A stretch of DNA of 64,000 bases from a virus (IMGVR_UViG_3300027782_000037:93277-157276), one strand, 5' to 3'. Numbered from the stretch's first letter, positions 18,007-28,388 are shown. Program-made: numbers and translations. Notes: generated from the sequence alone by a model not told the origin.

Positions 18007-21000
18007 TTATAGTCTTCCAACCAATATTTCTATTACTCCCAGATTTCCAGCAAAACCAGTTATTGCTTTACCTATTACTGTACCCATTTTAGGGTTAGTT
18101 TCGGCTCTAGCTCGTCCATTTCCAGCAGACACCATCATAGCACCAGCGGTAACTGGACCTTGAACCAAACAAGGTACGCGACCTACTAGTGCAAGGGCTA
18201 CTACAAATTTTCCGGTTAATCCCGAATTCATTTGATACGCCGGATTTGTACTAATAATTCCAGCAATCAGTGGGTCATTATCCTGAGTACTAATGGTTAA
18301 TTCTTCTTCGCCGCCAAAACTTAATACTGTTCCGGGGGTATATTCCGCATCTGCTAAGTACAATTCTGCTAAGTCAGCGTATTGTGCTGATGTTGCGTTG
18401 GCAAATATTGTGTTAAAGTAATTGCTTGAGCTACCAATATTTCCTACCGCATTAGCATTTGAATTAACAATATTTCCCACAGTAATTGTGCCAGTACCAA
18501 CTGATAAGTTGCCACCTGTTATATTACCAGCTGCGCTAAATGCCGCTGATGCTGCCAATGTAGCAGCAGTTACAGCAAGAGTGGCTCCACCTGCTATCCC
18601 TGTATTCCCTGTAACTTGAATACGAGCATCATAGTCCACAACAGTAGCACTACTATTAAAGTCAATATAAGGAGTACTAGCAACGCCATCAATGCGTCCA
18701 ATATTAACAGCTCCACCACCGTCCGTTGCTATGTTAACTCTACCCGTAGCAGTGCTTACTGTAATCTGCGCTGCCGAAGTAATATTACCGGTGGCACTTA
18801 CAAAACCCCCAGCAGTGATATTACCAGTTACCGATAAATTGCTTAGGGTACCAACACTAGTGGCAACTACGCCAGTCAACGCCGAACCATTACCATTAAA
18901 GAAATTACCGGTTACATTACCAGTAGCACTTACTAAACCACCAGTTAATAAATTACCAGTTTGAGTAGTGCCTGATACCGATAAACTTGTTAATATGCCA
19001 ACAGAAGTAATGTTTGGCTGTGCTGCGGTAGATACAGTACCTGCTGTTGTGGCAGATGTAGCAGCCCCCACAGTCAATGACGACGCTGTACCAGTTAACC
19101 CAGTACCAGCACCACTGAAACTTGATCCAGTAACGGTGCCAGTAGAACTGATCAATCCAGCAGTTAATATATTTCCGCCAGTTACATTACCAGTAACAAC
19201 CATGGCATTTGCGGCAGAATTAAATGTAAATCCCGCACTTGCATTTGCTTGACCAGCATTATTATAAATGACCTGTGTATTAGCACCTGGTACTGTTATA
19301 TTACCTGAAATATTACCCGTTAAATTACCAATAAAATATGGCGCAGTAATATTTCCTGTGGCACTGATTAATCCAGCAGTTAATATATTACCACCAGTAA
19401 CATTAGCTGTTACTGCCAAACTTGTTAAGGTACCAACTGAGGTAATATTAGGTTGAGCATTTGTTGTGACAGTAGCCGCAGTAGTAGCTGAATCAGCAAT
19501 TATGCCAGTTAATAATGAACCGTTGCCATTAAAGAAGTTACCGGTTATATTACCGGTAGCACTTACCCGTCCAGCAGTTAAGATATTTCCGCCAGTTACA
19601 TTACCAGTAACCACTATAGCATTTGCAACAGAATTAAAAGTAAATCCTGCACTTGCATTTGCTTGCCCATCATTATTATAAATGACCTGTGTATTAGCAC
19701 CAGGTACTGTTAAGTTACCTGAGATATTACCTATTAAATTACCAATAAAATATGGCGCAGTAATATTTCCTGTGGCACTTACTATGCCAGCAGTCAATAT
19801 ATTACCACCAGTAACATTTGCTGTTACTGCCAAACTTGTTAATGTACCAACTGAAGTTATATTTGGTTGTGCATTTGCTGTAATAGTAGCGGTAGTACCT
19901 GATGACACTGCATATGTCGCATTAGCCACAGTTCCAGACACATTGCTACCAGTAATTGATGATAATAATGCTCCATTGCCAATTATACGACCACCAGTAA
20001 TGTTACCAGTAACCACCAAGGCATTTGCAGCAGAATCAAATGTAAATCCTGCACTTGCGCCAGCATTGCCATTGTTATTATAAATGACCTGAGTATTTAA
20101 TCCTGGAATCGTAATATTACCAGTAACATTACCAAAAAGTGTACCGACGAAATATCCTGCTGTTGTGATATTACCAGTGGAACTTATTTGTCCAGCTGTT
20201 AAGATATTACCACCAGTTACGTTTGCAGTTACAGCTAAACTACTTAAAGTGCCTACTGAAGTAATATTTGGTTGTGCATTTGCTGTAACAGTCGCCGAAG
20301 TACCAACAGCACTACCCGCTGATACTGCATATGTTGCATTAGCCACATTACCTGATACATTTGCACCGGTAATGGAACTTAATGTTGCGCCATTGCCAAT
20401 TATGTAACTACCAATGACATTACCAGCAGCACTGGCGTAACCACCAGTTAATAAGTTACTACCAGTAACAGTACCAGTCGATACTAAACTATTTGATGCA
20501 AAATCAAAGGTAAGCCCGGCACTTGCGTTTGCTTGTCCATTGTTATTGTAAATGACCTGTGTATTTGCCCCGGGAACTGTTAAATTACCCGAAATATTTC
20601 CTATTAAATTTCCAACAAAATACGGAGCAGTTATATTACCGGTAGATGAAACAATACCGGCAGTTAGTAAATTACCACCACTAATATTGCCGGTTGCGGT
20701 TAATGATCCAGCTGTGGCAATATTTCCGCCAATGATATTAGCAGTACTAGTAATAGTACTTGTTGCTGATATTAGACCAGATGTTAGTAAATTGCCGCCG
20801 GTGATATTTGCTGCTGCGGTAATTGATCCGGTAGCTGATACTAGCCCGGCGGTAACTAAGTTGCCACCAATTATATTACCACTTGCCGATACAACCGCAC
20901 CTAGGTGACTTGACCCGGTTACCGCCCCTGTTGCACTAATTAATCCGCTGGTCAATAGATTGCCAGAGCGTGTGTTTCCAGTTACACTTAAACTCGTGAG

Positions 21001-23334
21001 TGTACCAAGGCTTGTAATATTTGATTGGGCGTTTTCTGTTACTGTACCCGAAAAACCAGAGGATGCGGCATATGTTGCATTAGCCACAGTGCCAGAGACA
21101 TTTGCACCACTAACTGCATAGGCTGTGTCGGCTATAGTAGCACGAGATACGGTACCACTTACATTACCACCTTGTATATTGCTTAATGTATTTCCTGCTC
21201 CAATAAATTGAACACCACTGATATTGCCAGTAACACTTATATTATCAGCAGTTAGGTTACCGCTAAATGTAGGCAAATAGTTAGCTACATTAGCATTACC
21301 GTAAGTTGTAGTGATACCTGTTAATTGGCTACCGTTACCAATAAAATAATTACCAGTAATATTACCAACAGCCGTTATAGTTGCGGCAGATACAATATTA
21401 CCTGCCGCAACATTACCGGTGGCGGTAATTAACCCAGCAGTTGTAATATTACCAACTGTAGCATTACCCGTAGCTGACACTAATCCAGCAGTGGTAATAT
21501 TACCAACTGTAGCATTACCAGTTATAGAAATTAACCCGCCTGTAAAAATATTGCCGTAGGTAACATTACCAGCCGCACTTATTATACCGGTAGTTATAAT
21601 ATTACCAGCGATGATATTACCTGTGGCCGATATAAGACCATCGGTGGCTAAATTGCCACCAGTAATATTTGCGGCTGAAGTAATTGACCCGGTAGCTGAT
21701 ACTACTCCAGGGGTCACTAAATTACCGCCGGTAATGTTACCAGTTACCAACAGAGCATTCGCTGCAGAATCGAATGTAAATCCCGTGCCTGCTCCAATAT
21801 TACCATTGAGATTATACAATACCTGCGTATTAGAACCGGGTATAGTAATATTTCCTGAAATATTTCCTATTAAATTACCAATAAAATTAGGTGCAGTAAT
21901 ATTACCAGTTGTGCTTACTGGATTTAGCAAATTAAATGAATTGCTGGTCATTGTGGCAAACAAACTATTTGCCGTAGTAAATTGTATATTGCCCGATGGA
22001 GTAATGTTTATTGAACTATTACCGTAGGAATTAGATAGCGAACTTATCGAAGTAAGGTATGTAATAAATCTAATGTCAATAATATCAGATGACATTGGAA
22101 TTTGTGAGAATGTAATCGAATTTCCCGTAACAGTATAGGATAAGTTAGGTACTTGATTTACGCCATTGATTGCGACTAAAATTCCTGCTGCGGTTGATGA
22201 TTCCACCAACAAATATGAATCAGATACACCATCTGGTGTGATCTGTTGATCTATAATAGTTCCCGGTGATATGACGTTGGCACCTGTTACCCAGCTGGCA
22301 CCATCCCAAGTTTCAATACTGCTTATTATAGTATTAAATCGTGTTACCCCTATGGCGGGGCTCGACGGACGTTGTGCTGTATTACCCGCCGGAATACCAA
22401 TTCCAGCGGAACCTGCAAATAATATTAAATTACCATTACTGGCAAATGTTGTATCCACTATACTAATATTGGCGATATTGGCATTTCCGCTTACAGATAT
22501 ATTTGCCAAAATGCCGACTGATTCTAGACTTGAATATAGTACATTTGCGCTTAATGTGTTTCCTATTAATGCATTAGCATAAACCGATGCGGCTGCAATA
22601 CCGGTTAATTGACTACCATTACCAATAAAATAGTTACCAGTAATATTACCAGTGGCGGTGACTAATCCGTTCGTTATAATATTACCACCAGTTACATTAC
22701 CTGTGGCCGATACCAATCCAATAGTTAATACATTACCACCGTCGATGTTAGCCGAACTGGAAATAGTTGATGCGGCGGAAATTAATCCAGCTGTTAATAA
22801 ATTGCCACCAGTTATATTAGCTGTTGCCGATATTGAACCAGGAGTTAGTATATTACCACCAGTAATATTGCCGGTTGCAGACAACCGCCCCCCTGTTAAT
22901 AAATTACCGCCTAATATATTAGCCGAGCTGGTAATCGTCCCTAGGACACTAACACCGTTAATGGAAAATACTGCGATATTACCCACGGTACTAACAGATA
23001 TTGTTACGTTAGCATTAGCTGAGGCGATATCCAGATTACTACCACCGTTTACTACGTTCGAAACAGAAGTAATAATACCAGTTAATTGTGATCCGTTACC
23101 TAAAAAATAATCGGCAGAAATATTGCCAGTAGCGGTAACTGTTGATAAAGTCAACGAGTTTGACCAAACTCTTGTGTTATTAGTTGATATTGTTAAAATA
23201 CTACTATTGGCACCAGCACCTAAACTGGGTTCTGCTTGCCCCAATGATAAGAATTCGTATCTAGATGAGTCAAGATTAGCGTAAGGTACTACGGGCGACC
23301 GCCCACTTAGCAGTTTTGTTGTGTTTATTGACAT
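18007..23334 (-). CDS. Long virion fibre protein (1775 aa) with C-terminal intramolecular chaperone (peptidase G2-like) domain
   Basis: GN repeats and repeated PGANTQVIYN knuckles; C-terminal SAQYADLAE...NPAYQMN...VALALVGRVPC...IGKA domain paralogous to 7079-8116. Confidence 0.75.
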   Translation of the reverse strand: MSINTTKLLSGRSPVVPYANLDSSRYEFLSLGQAEPSLGAGANSSILTISTNNTRVWSNSLTLSTVTATGNISADYFLGNGSQLTGIITSVSNVVNGGSNLDIASANANVTISVSTVGNIAVFSINGVSVLGTITSSANILGGNLLTGGRLSATGNITGGNILTPGSISATANITGGNLLTAGLISAASTISSSANIDGGNVLTIGLVSATGNVTGGNIITNGLVTATGNITGNYFIGNGSQLTGIAAASVYANALIGNTLSANVLYSSLESVGILANISVSGNANIANISIVDTTFASNGNLILFAGSAGIGIPAGNTAQRPSSPAIGVTRFNTIISSIETWDGASWVTGANVISPGTIIDQQITPDGVSDSYLLVESSTAAGILVAINGVNQVPNLSYTVTGNSITFSQIPMSSDIIDIRFITYLTSISSLSNSYGNSSINITPSGNIQFTTANSLFATMTSNSFNLLNPVSTTGNITAPNFIGNLIGNISGNITIPGSNTQVLYNLNGNIGAGTGFTFDSAANALLVTGNITGGNLVTPGVVSATGSITSAANITGGNLATDGLISATGNIIAGNIITTGIISAAGNVTYGNIFTGGLISITGNATVGNITTAGLVSATGNATVGNITTAGLITATGNVAAGNIVSAATITAVGNITGNYFIGNGSQLTGITTTYGNANVANYLPTFSGNLTADNISVTGNISGVQFIGAGNTLSNIQGGNVSGTVSRATIADTAYAVSGANVSGTVANATYAASSGFSGTVTENAQSNITSLGTLTSLSVTGNTRSGNLLTSGLISATGAVTGSSHLGAVVSASGNIIGGNLVTAGLVSATGSITAAANITGGNLLTSGLISATSTITSTANIIGGNIATAGSLTATGNISGGNLLTAGIVSSTGNITAPYFVGNLIGNISGNLTVPGANTQVIYNNNGQANASAGLTFDFASNSLVSTGTVTGSNLLTGGYASAAGNVIGSYIIGNGATLSSITGANVSGNVANATYAVSAGSAVGTSATVTANAQPNITSVGTLSSLAVTANVTGGNILTAGQISSTGNITTAGYFVGTLFGNVTGNITIPGLNTQVIYNNNGNAGASAGFTFDSAANALVVTGNITGGRIIGNGALLSSITGSNVSGTVANATYAVSSGTTATITANAQPNITSVGTLTSLAVTANVTGGNILTAGIVSATGNITAPYFIGNLIGNISGNLTVPGANTQVIYNNDGQANASAGFTFNSVANAIVVTGNVTGGNILTAGRVSATGNITGNFFNGNGSLLTGIIADSATTAATVTTNAQPNITSVGTLTSLAVTANVTGGNILTAGLISATGNITAPYFIGNLTGNISGNITVPGANTQVIYNNAGQANASAGFTFNSAANAMVVTGNVTGGNILTAGLISSTGTVTGSSFSGAGTGLTGTASSLTVGAATSATTAGTVSTAAQPNITSVGILTSLSVSGTTQTGNLLTGGLVSATGNVTGNFFNGNGSALTGVVATSVGTLSNLSVTGNITAGGFVSATGNITSAAQITVSTATGRVNIATDGGGAVNIGRIDGVASTPYIDFNSSATVVDYDARIQVTGNTGIAGGATLAVTAATLAASAAFSAAGNITGGNLSVGTGTITVGNIVNSNANAVGNIGSSSNYFNTIFANATSAQYADLAELYLADAEYTPGTVLSFGGEEELTISTQDNDPLIAGIISTNPAYQMNSGLTGKFVVALALVGRVPCLVQGPVTAGAMMVSAGNGRARAETNPKMGTVIGKAITGFAGNLGVIEILVGRL

Positions 23335-23335
23335 A

Positions 23336-23668
23336 TTAGCCTGTTAATGTTTCTAGGTAACTCAAAACTAATTGTCCACTAGTATCGTCGCTTGCTGAAA
23401 GTTGTAATTCGTCCCCGTATTGTAAAATCAACCTACCTGTAAGAATACTTGCTGCATCATCTGTCGGAACACTATAGTTGTTGATCAATGACGTAGACAC
23501 ACTTGATCTAAGTATACTGGCAGAAACTTGAATAGTGTCAACACCGGTATTACTAATCTGTGCTAATAACACCACTGTAGCATATCCTAACGGAGGAGTA
23601 TACACGGTTGTCGTAGTAGTAGTAATATCTACTAAAGTTGTTCTAAATAAATTTAATGCGCCCGACAT
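23336..23668 (-). CDS. Small beta-rich virion adaptor protein
   Basis: 110 aa, LNLFRT...VYTPP...VVLLAQISN...LILQYGDEL...LSYLE; tightly coupled between two fibre genes. Confidence 0.65.
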   Translation of the reverse strand: MSGALNLFRTTLVDITTTTTTVYTPPLGYATVVLLAQISNTGVDTIQVSASILRSSVSTSLINNYSVPTDDAASILTGRLILQYGDELQLSASDDTSGQLVLSYLETLTG

Positions 23669-23690
23669 AGTTTTTCCTTTTTTTTACTAA

Positions 23691-25331
23691 TTAATCGCCT
23701 GATATAGCTAAAATGTACGGTGTCATTTGAGCAAATAAACTTTTATAAAAAGCATCACCTGTAATAGTTGCAGTCGCTTGATTAACAATAAATCCGTCGC
23801 CTACCTTAAAATTACCCTTTTGATCTGTACTTGTATAGGTTACAACTCCGCCACCAGTTTGTACCACTTCGTTGGCTTCAATTGGAATTCCTCCGTATTG
23901 GGGCAATGCGGTAGCAGGATTTGTTCCTGCACCCACATACTCAAACGTATGAGCCGATGCAATAATACTGCTGCGAGTGTATAGTGAGAGTGTTGTGCCT
24001 GGAGCAGCATTTCCTAAATATATTTGCTGTACCAAAACTGTACTACTACCAACTGCTGGAACATTAGGTAATATTGTGTCAATAGTATAAAATTCTGGAT
24101 CTCCGTCTATTACTACAACAGTATTAACATGAGGTTGGCCATTGGATAAATTATCAATTACAAAACTTCCTTGAAATTGACTTACAATAGTTCCAGAAGT
24201 TTGCAGTGGACCAATACCTTCTGCCACCAATCCATAATTTCCAATAGAACAATCTGATCCGTTAAGAGTAATGAATGATCCTGATTCAACTTTAACTCCA
24301 ATGGCACATGCAATTGTATAAATGTTAACTGATTGACTATATGCCGAATTTACAAGATGTATACCTATCCCACCTCTATTAATAATAGTAAAGAAACCTA
24401 CAATCATTGCTTTAGTTCCAGTACATACACTACCATCAACATACACAGCAGTTCCTGTTGTTGTACTTGAGGTCAGATTTTGTATATATGGACTGACAAA
24501 AGCAGTAGTTATAGTACTTGGATCGTAGCTAAATGCTTTGCCTGTATAATCTCTTACTGTTACACCCCATACATAAGATCCTCCGGACATGTAAAACATA
24601 TCACTGCTTGCTACAGTTGGCTTTATGAATACATTTCTTAAATTATCACCCATTAATGCCGTATTGGGAGGAATAGTAATAGGCATATCTTCAATATATG
24701 TACCAGGAGCAACGTTAACAGATACATTTCCCCCCAATCCGGTTGCTAATGTCATAGCAGCCTCAATTGTTAATAATGGAGAAGTTAGTCCACCCGAATT
24801 GTTATCATTTCCATTTTTTGCTACATAAATTATGTTAGAGCTGGCAGAAGTGATATTTATATTAGCGTTGATATTCTGTGCTGTTAGATTACCAGAAACA
24901 CTAATATTTCCAGCTAATGCCAATAAACCTGAACTTGGGTTAAATGTTAAATTTGCACTACCACCAAATTTTCCACTATCGTTAAATTGTACTGATGAAT
25001 TTGGTTCGGCAGGATTGTTGATATTAGCATAAGCGGTAATTGGAGCACCATTAGAACTAACATTATTACTAGTTTGCCAAGCGTTGGACGCTACATCAAA
25101 TCGTAGTCCAGCAAATGTATTAGCACCTGTTTGTCCTAGTAATCCCATGTCAGTAATTGCGCCCGTATTATTGGCGGCTACTGTTAAGAAAGGGCTTGTT
25201 GTAATCGAAGGAACATTATAAGTTACATTACCTGTAAAAACTGTCTGAGCATTAATTGTAAGAACGCCATTGCCTGCAGGAGTTCCTACATTTAACGTAT
25301 AATCAGTATTGATATTTTTAACCGAAGCCAT
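23691..25331 (-). CDS. Virion protein with pectin-lyase-like parallel beta-helix domain
   Basis: IYVAKNGND..G....PLLTIEAA...VAPGTY.E.PI.IP....L.GD.LR is a typical beta-helix N-cap; C-terminus TSTDQKGNFKVG...KSLFAQMTPYILAI. Confidence 0.65.
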   Translation of the reverse strand: MASVKNINTDYTLNVGTPAGNGVLTINAQTVFTGNVTYNVPSITTSPFLTVAANNTGAITDMGLLGQTGANTFAGLRFDVASNAWQTSNNVSSNGAPITAYANINNPAEPNSSVQFNDSGKFGGSANLTFNPSSGLLALAGNISVSGNLTAQNINANINITSASSNIIYVAKNGNDNNSGGLTSPLLTIEAAMTLATGLGGNVSVNVAPGTYIEDMPITIPPNTALMGDNLRNVFIKPTVASSDMFYMSGGSYVWGVTVRDYTGKAFSYDPSTITTAFVSPYIQNLTSSTTTGTAVYVDGSVCTGTKAMIVGFFTIINRGGIGIHLVNSAYSQSVNIYTIACAIGVKVESGSFITLNGSDCSIGNYGLVAEGIGPLQTSGTIVSQFQGSFVIDNLSNGQPHVNTVVVIDGDPEFYTIDTILPNVPAVGSSTVLVQQIYLGNAAPGTTLSLYTRSSIIASAHTFEYVGAGTNPATALPQYGGIPIEANEVVQTGGGVVTYTSTDQKGNFKVGDGFIVNQATATITGDAFYKSLFAQMTPYILAISGD

Positions 25332-25382
25332 TAGTCCGAATCCTTTTTATTATTTATGCTGATATTTGAATGGATGGATCAT

Positions 25383-25410
25383 AAAAAATCCCCTGTTTTA
25401 CGAGGGGATT
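25383..25410 (-). terminator. Rho-independent terminator
   Basis: AATCCCCT-8nt-AGGGGATT hairpin with a T-tract on the minus strand. Confidence 0.75.
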
Positions 25411-25469
25411 AAACTTAAACATAGTTCAAGAAAAATGCTGCATCTACGTAGGACTCAGCTGTTATAATA

Positions 25470-26384
25470 TTACGGATTACTTGGCACTTTAGCCATTGTA
25501 ATATTACCAACACTACCAGTAAATGTAACTGCGTCAGCACCAGATTTAACTACAGAAATAGGAAGACTTCCTACGGTAAATGTTAATCCACGTGTATTTC
25601 CCGCAGTAGTAACAATATTTGCTCCGCCTACAGTAGTAGACAATGTAAATGTTGATGTACCGTTAGTTGTTGTAACATAATATGTAGAGGGATCTGCGTA
25701 TCCAGCAATATTAGCGTTACCAGTTAATGTACCAGAAACAATAATCGGAGCGTTTGCTAAAATAGTAGTAGCAACAGTACTAAATGTACCTGCATTGCCA
25801 GTAACTGTTGTAGTTCCTAGCGTAATATTACCGGCTGGATCAAAGAAGTTTAAGAAATACTGTGTAGCATTGTTATTAACAATAACATTGGCAACTTGTG
25901 CCGCTGTGCTAAATCCAACACCATATTTGTTGTTGATACGCGACATATATGTTACGGTAACATTGCCAGTACCATCAGGAGTACTAACACCAACACTCAT
26001 TTGATTAACTGTTAACGCACCATTTGCCACGTTAGCTAGATAAGCAACACCAGTCTCACCTGATGTCACACCAGTAACTAAGAATTTACTAGCGCCTTTT
26101 TGGCGTGTAATAAATGCTGCTTCGTTTTGTGTACCATCAATATTAGCTGAAACTGTAACTACAGGGAATGTAGCCGAACCGCCGGCCATTGTAGCATTAC
26201 CATTGTTCCAACCTGTTTGTGAATTTTGTACGTTACCACCAACAATACCGTAGTAATTACTGTCTGTTAATCCCGTTGGAGTAACAGCATTGTCTAGTGT
26301 ACCAATCTGCGGATAACCTGCGTTAACTGCATCGCCTGGAGTGGCAGCATAACCTTGTTTTTGAATTTTTAGAGCACGACCCAT
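25470..26384 (-). CDS. Virion structural protein (possible fibre anchor or decoration)
   Basis: Own late motif (26466-26472), AAGGA SD and terminator; Thr/Gly/Asn-rich beta composition. Role is inferred from position. Confidence 0.55.
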   Translation of the reverse strand: MGRALKIQKQGYAATPGDAVNAGYPQIGTLDNAVTPTGLTDSNYYGIVGGNVQNSQTGWNNGNATMAGGSATFPVVTVSANIDGTQNEAAFITRQKGASKFLVTGVTSGETGVAYLANVANGALTVNQMSVGVSTPDGTGNVTVTYMSRINNKYGVGFSTAAQVANVIVNNNATQYFLNFFDPAGNITLGTTTVTGNAGTFSTVATTILANAPIIVSGTLTGNANIAGYADPSTYYVTTTNGTSTFTLSTTVGGANIVTTAGNTRGLTFTVGSLPISVVKSGADAVTFTGSVGNITMAKVPSNP

Positions 26385-26521
26385 TGAATTTCCTTTGTTT
26401 TAGTTGTAGGTTCTATTCTACTACGGGGGGATAAAACCCCATAAAATGCACCATTGCATTACTATTATTTATTGAAACATAACTTTTTTAAACAGCACAG
26501 TAAATCACAGTAAATATCTAC

Positions 26522-27673
26522 ATGACTCCTGACGAATACCTAGCCCACGGCAATAATTTCCGTTCATTAACTGAACCTGAAAAAGCACTAGCTTGCTACG
26601 CACAAGCATTTATAAAAAATCCCAAGATGGGATCTGCCTATAACAATTATGGTAACGTAGTACGTGAAATGGGTTATCCTGAACAGGCAATTGGCTTTTT
26701 GCTAAATGCAATTGCCATTGATCCAAAAGATACCGTTGCTCAATTTAACCTCGCGGTAGCATATTTGCTATCCGGAGATCTTGAGCGTGGATGGCGACAG
26801 TATGAAAAACGCTGGAGTTTTGAACATTTAGATGGTAAATTACCTCAATTTCAAAAACCACGCTGGGAAGGACAGGATCTAAATGGCAAAAGCATATTAG
26901 TAACAGGCGAACAAGGCCACGGCGACAACATACAGTTTTGTCGTTTTGCCGAACAGCTTGTTCATGCAGGTGCAAAAGTGTATTTAAGCGTGGACAACAA
27001 TTTGCGTCCGCTATTTTTGGCATCATTTATAAATGCTGTGACTATTGTAGCCCCAGAAGATTTACTCCCTGATTTTGATTACTGGACTCCAATTATGAGT
27101 ATACCGGGATTTTTAGGTATTACATATAAGAATTTGCCATATAAACTACAGTATCTTAGTCCCAGTCAAGCCACAGTACAGACCTGGGCTAAACGATTAG
27201 GCTTAAAAAATCGGTTACGAGTTGGATTTTGTTGGAGTGGCCGTAAGGATAGTTGGATTAATCAACATAAATCAGTGCCATTTGAAAAAATGTTGGCATT
27301 AATTCAGAGAAATCCTGATTATGAGTGGCTTAATCTACAAGCAGAGTGTAGCGCAGACGAAGAAGCACAATTAGTTGCCGCAGGAGTTACTGCGTATCCT
27401 GCTAGTATTGGAAATTGGGATGATACCGCAGGATTAATGCATCATCTTGATGTTGTAATAGCTGTAGATACCGCAGTAGGGCATTTAGCAGGAGCTATGG
27501 GCAGACCTTTTTGGCTACCGCTTAATAAATTTGGACAAGATTGGCGTTGGCTATTAGACAGGAATGATAGTCCGTGGTATGGATCATGTAGAATATTCCG
27601 TCAGACTACAATCAGCAATTGGGACGATCCACTTGAACAAATTCACAATAATCTAAAGCTGTTTAAGATTTAA
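26522..27673 (+). CDS. TPR-repeat glycosyltransferase (GT-B, GT9/heptosyltransferase-like)
   Basis: N-terminal TPRs (AYNNYGNV..A; AQFNLA); EQGHGDNIQF.RF; RVGFCWSG; DTAGL..LDVVIAVDTAVGHLAGAMG.P.W...DWRW...SPWY. Confidence 0.85.
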   Translation: MTPDEYLAHGNNFRSLTEPEKALACYAQAFIKNPKMGSAYNNYGNVVREMGYPEQAIGFLLNAIAIDPKDTVAQFNLAVAYLLSGDLERGWRQYEKRWSFEHLDGKLPQFQKPRWEGQDLNGKSILVTGEQGHGDNIQFCRFAEQLVHAGAKVYLSVDNNLRPLFLASFINAVTIVAPEDLLPDFDYWTPIMSIPGFLGITYKNLPYKLQYLSPSQATVQTWAKRLGLKNRLRVGFCWSGRKDSWINQHKSVPFEKMLALIQRNPDYEWLNLQAECSADEEAQLVAAGVTAYPASIGNWDDTAGLMHHLDVVIAVDTAVGHLAGAMGRPFWLPLNKFGQDWRWLLDRNDSPWYGSCRIFRQTTISNWDDPLEQIHNNLKLFKI

Positions 27674-27675
27674 AA

Positions 27676-28356
27676 TTATGGTGAAAATGTACCAGAACTA
27701 TTGAAAATATGTACGGTATAACCATTTAAAGTGCTAATTGTTCCACCTGTACCTCGGGCATTTCCTGCGTAAGCAAACGCAATAACACCCGTACCACCGC
27801 CTGCAGGGGGAGTATAATTACCGCCACCGCCACCACCACCTGTATTGGGTGTACCTGCTGTGGCATAAGTTCCAGAGCCGGTGTTTATATCACCCGCACC
27901 ATGACCACCGCCACCTAATCCTCCGCCGCCGCCTTGTTGGTATGAATCCAATGCACCACCGCCGCCACCGCTACCACCTACCCAATAAGAACCACCAGAA
28001 AAAACGCCGGGATTAGTGCCAACAATTGGTAAATCTGTTGTTACGCCAGTATTACCGCCAGAATTAGTTGATGCGCCGCCAGCAACCCCACCACCAGCAA
28101 TCGCAGTTAATTCCAACACAGAAACAGTTGAATTTCCCCCTCCTACTACAACAGAATAACTAGTGCCAGGTGTAACTACTGCGTTACCTTTAAGAACTTG
28201 CCCGCCTGCGCCACCTGGTCCTGGTTCATTCGTTCCACCACCACCAGCACCAACTACTAAATATTGAACTGAATATGAGTACGGAGGGCCACCAACTAAT
28301 GTTGTACCAGCTGGTCCTATTCCAAATGCTACTCCTGCTCCGATTGATATTGGCAT
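27676..28356 (-). CDS. Glycine-rich putative adhesin/decoration protein
   Basis: YLVVGAGGGG...GGAGG...NTGGGGGGG...GGTGV..F.Y...TGG......YTVH.F..SG.F polyglycine domain; late motif at 28380-28386. Confidence 0.65.
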   Translation of the reverse strand: MPISIGAGVAFGIGPAGTTLVGGPPYSYSVQYLVVGAGGGGTNEPGPGGAGGQVLKGNAVVTPGTSYSVVVGGGNSTVSVLELTAIAGGGVAGGASTNSGGNTGVTTDLPIVGTNPGVFSGGSYWVGGSGGGGGALDSYQQGGGGGLGGGGHGAGDINTGSGTYATAGTPNTGGGGGGGNYTPPAGGGTGVIAFAYAGNARGTGGTISTLNGYTVHIFNSSGTFSP

Positions 28357-28388
28357 AATACTATCCTTGATGATAGTATTATTTATGA

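Noticed and set aside
1705-23110. Many long plus-strand ORFs (e.g. 3253-4902, 9535-11376) rich in P/V/L/A
   Set aside because: Antisense shadows of the repetitive Gly/Asn/Thr codons of the fibre genes; no independent protein motifs.
2130-23334. Ice-nucleation protein, autotransporter or S-layer identity for the repeat proteins
   Set aside because: No signal peptides, beta-barrels or AGYGST repeats; phage fibre modules and late promoters fit virion proteins better.
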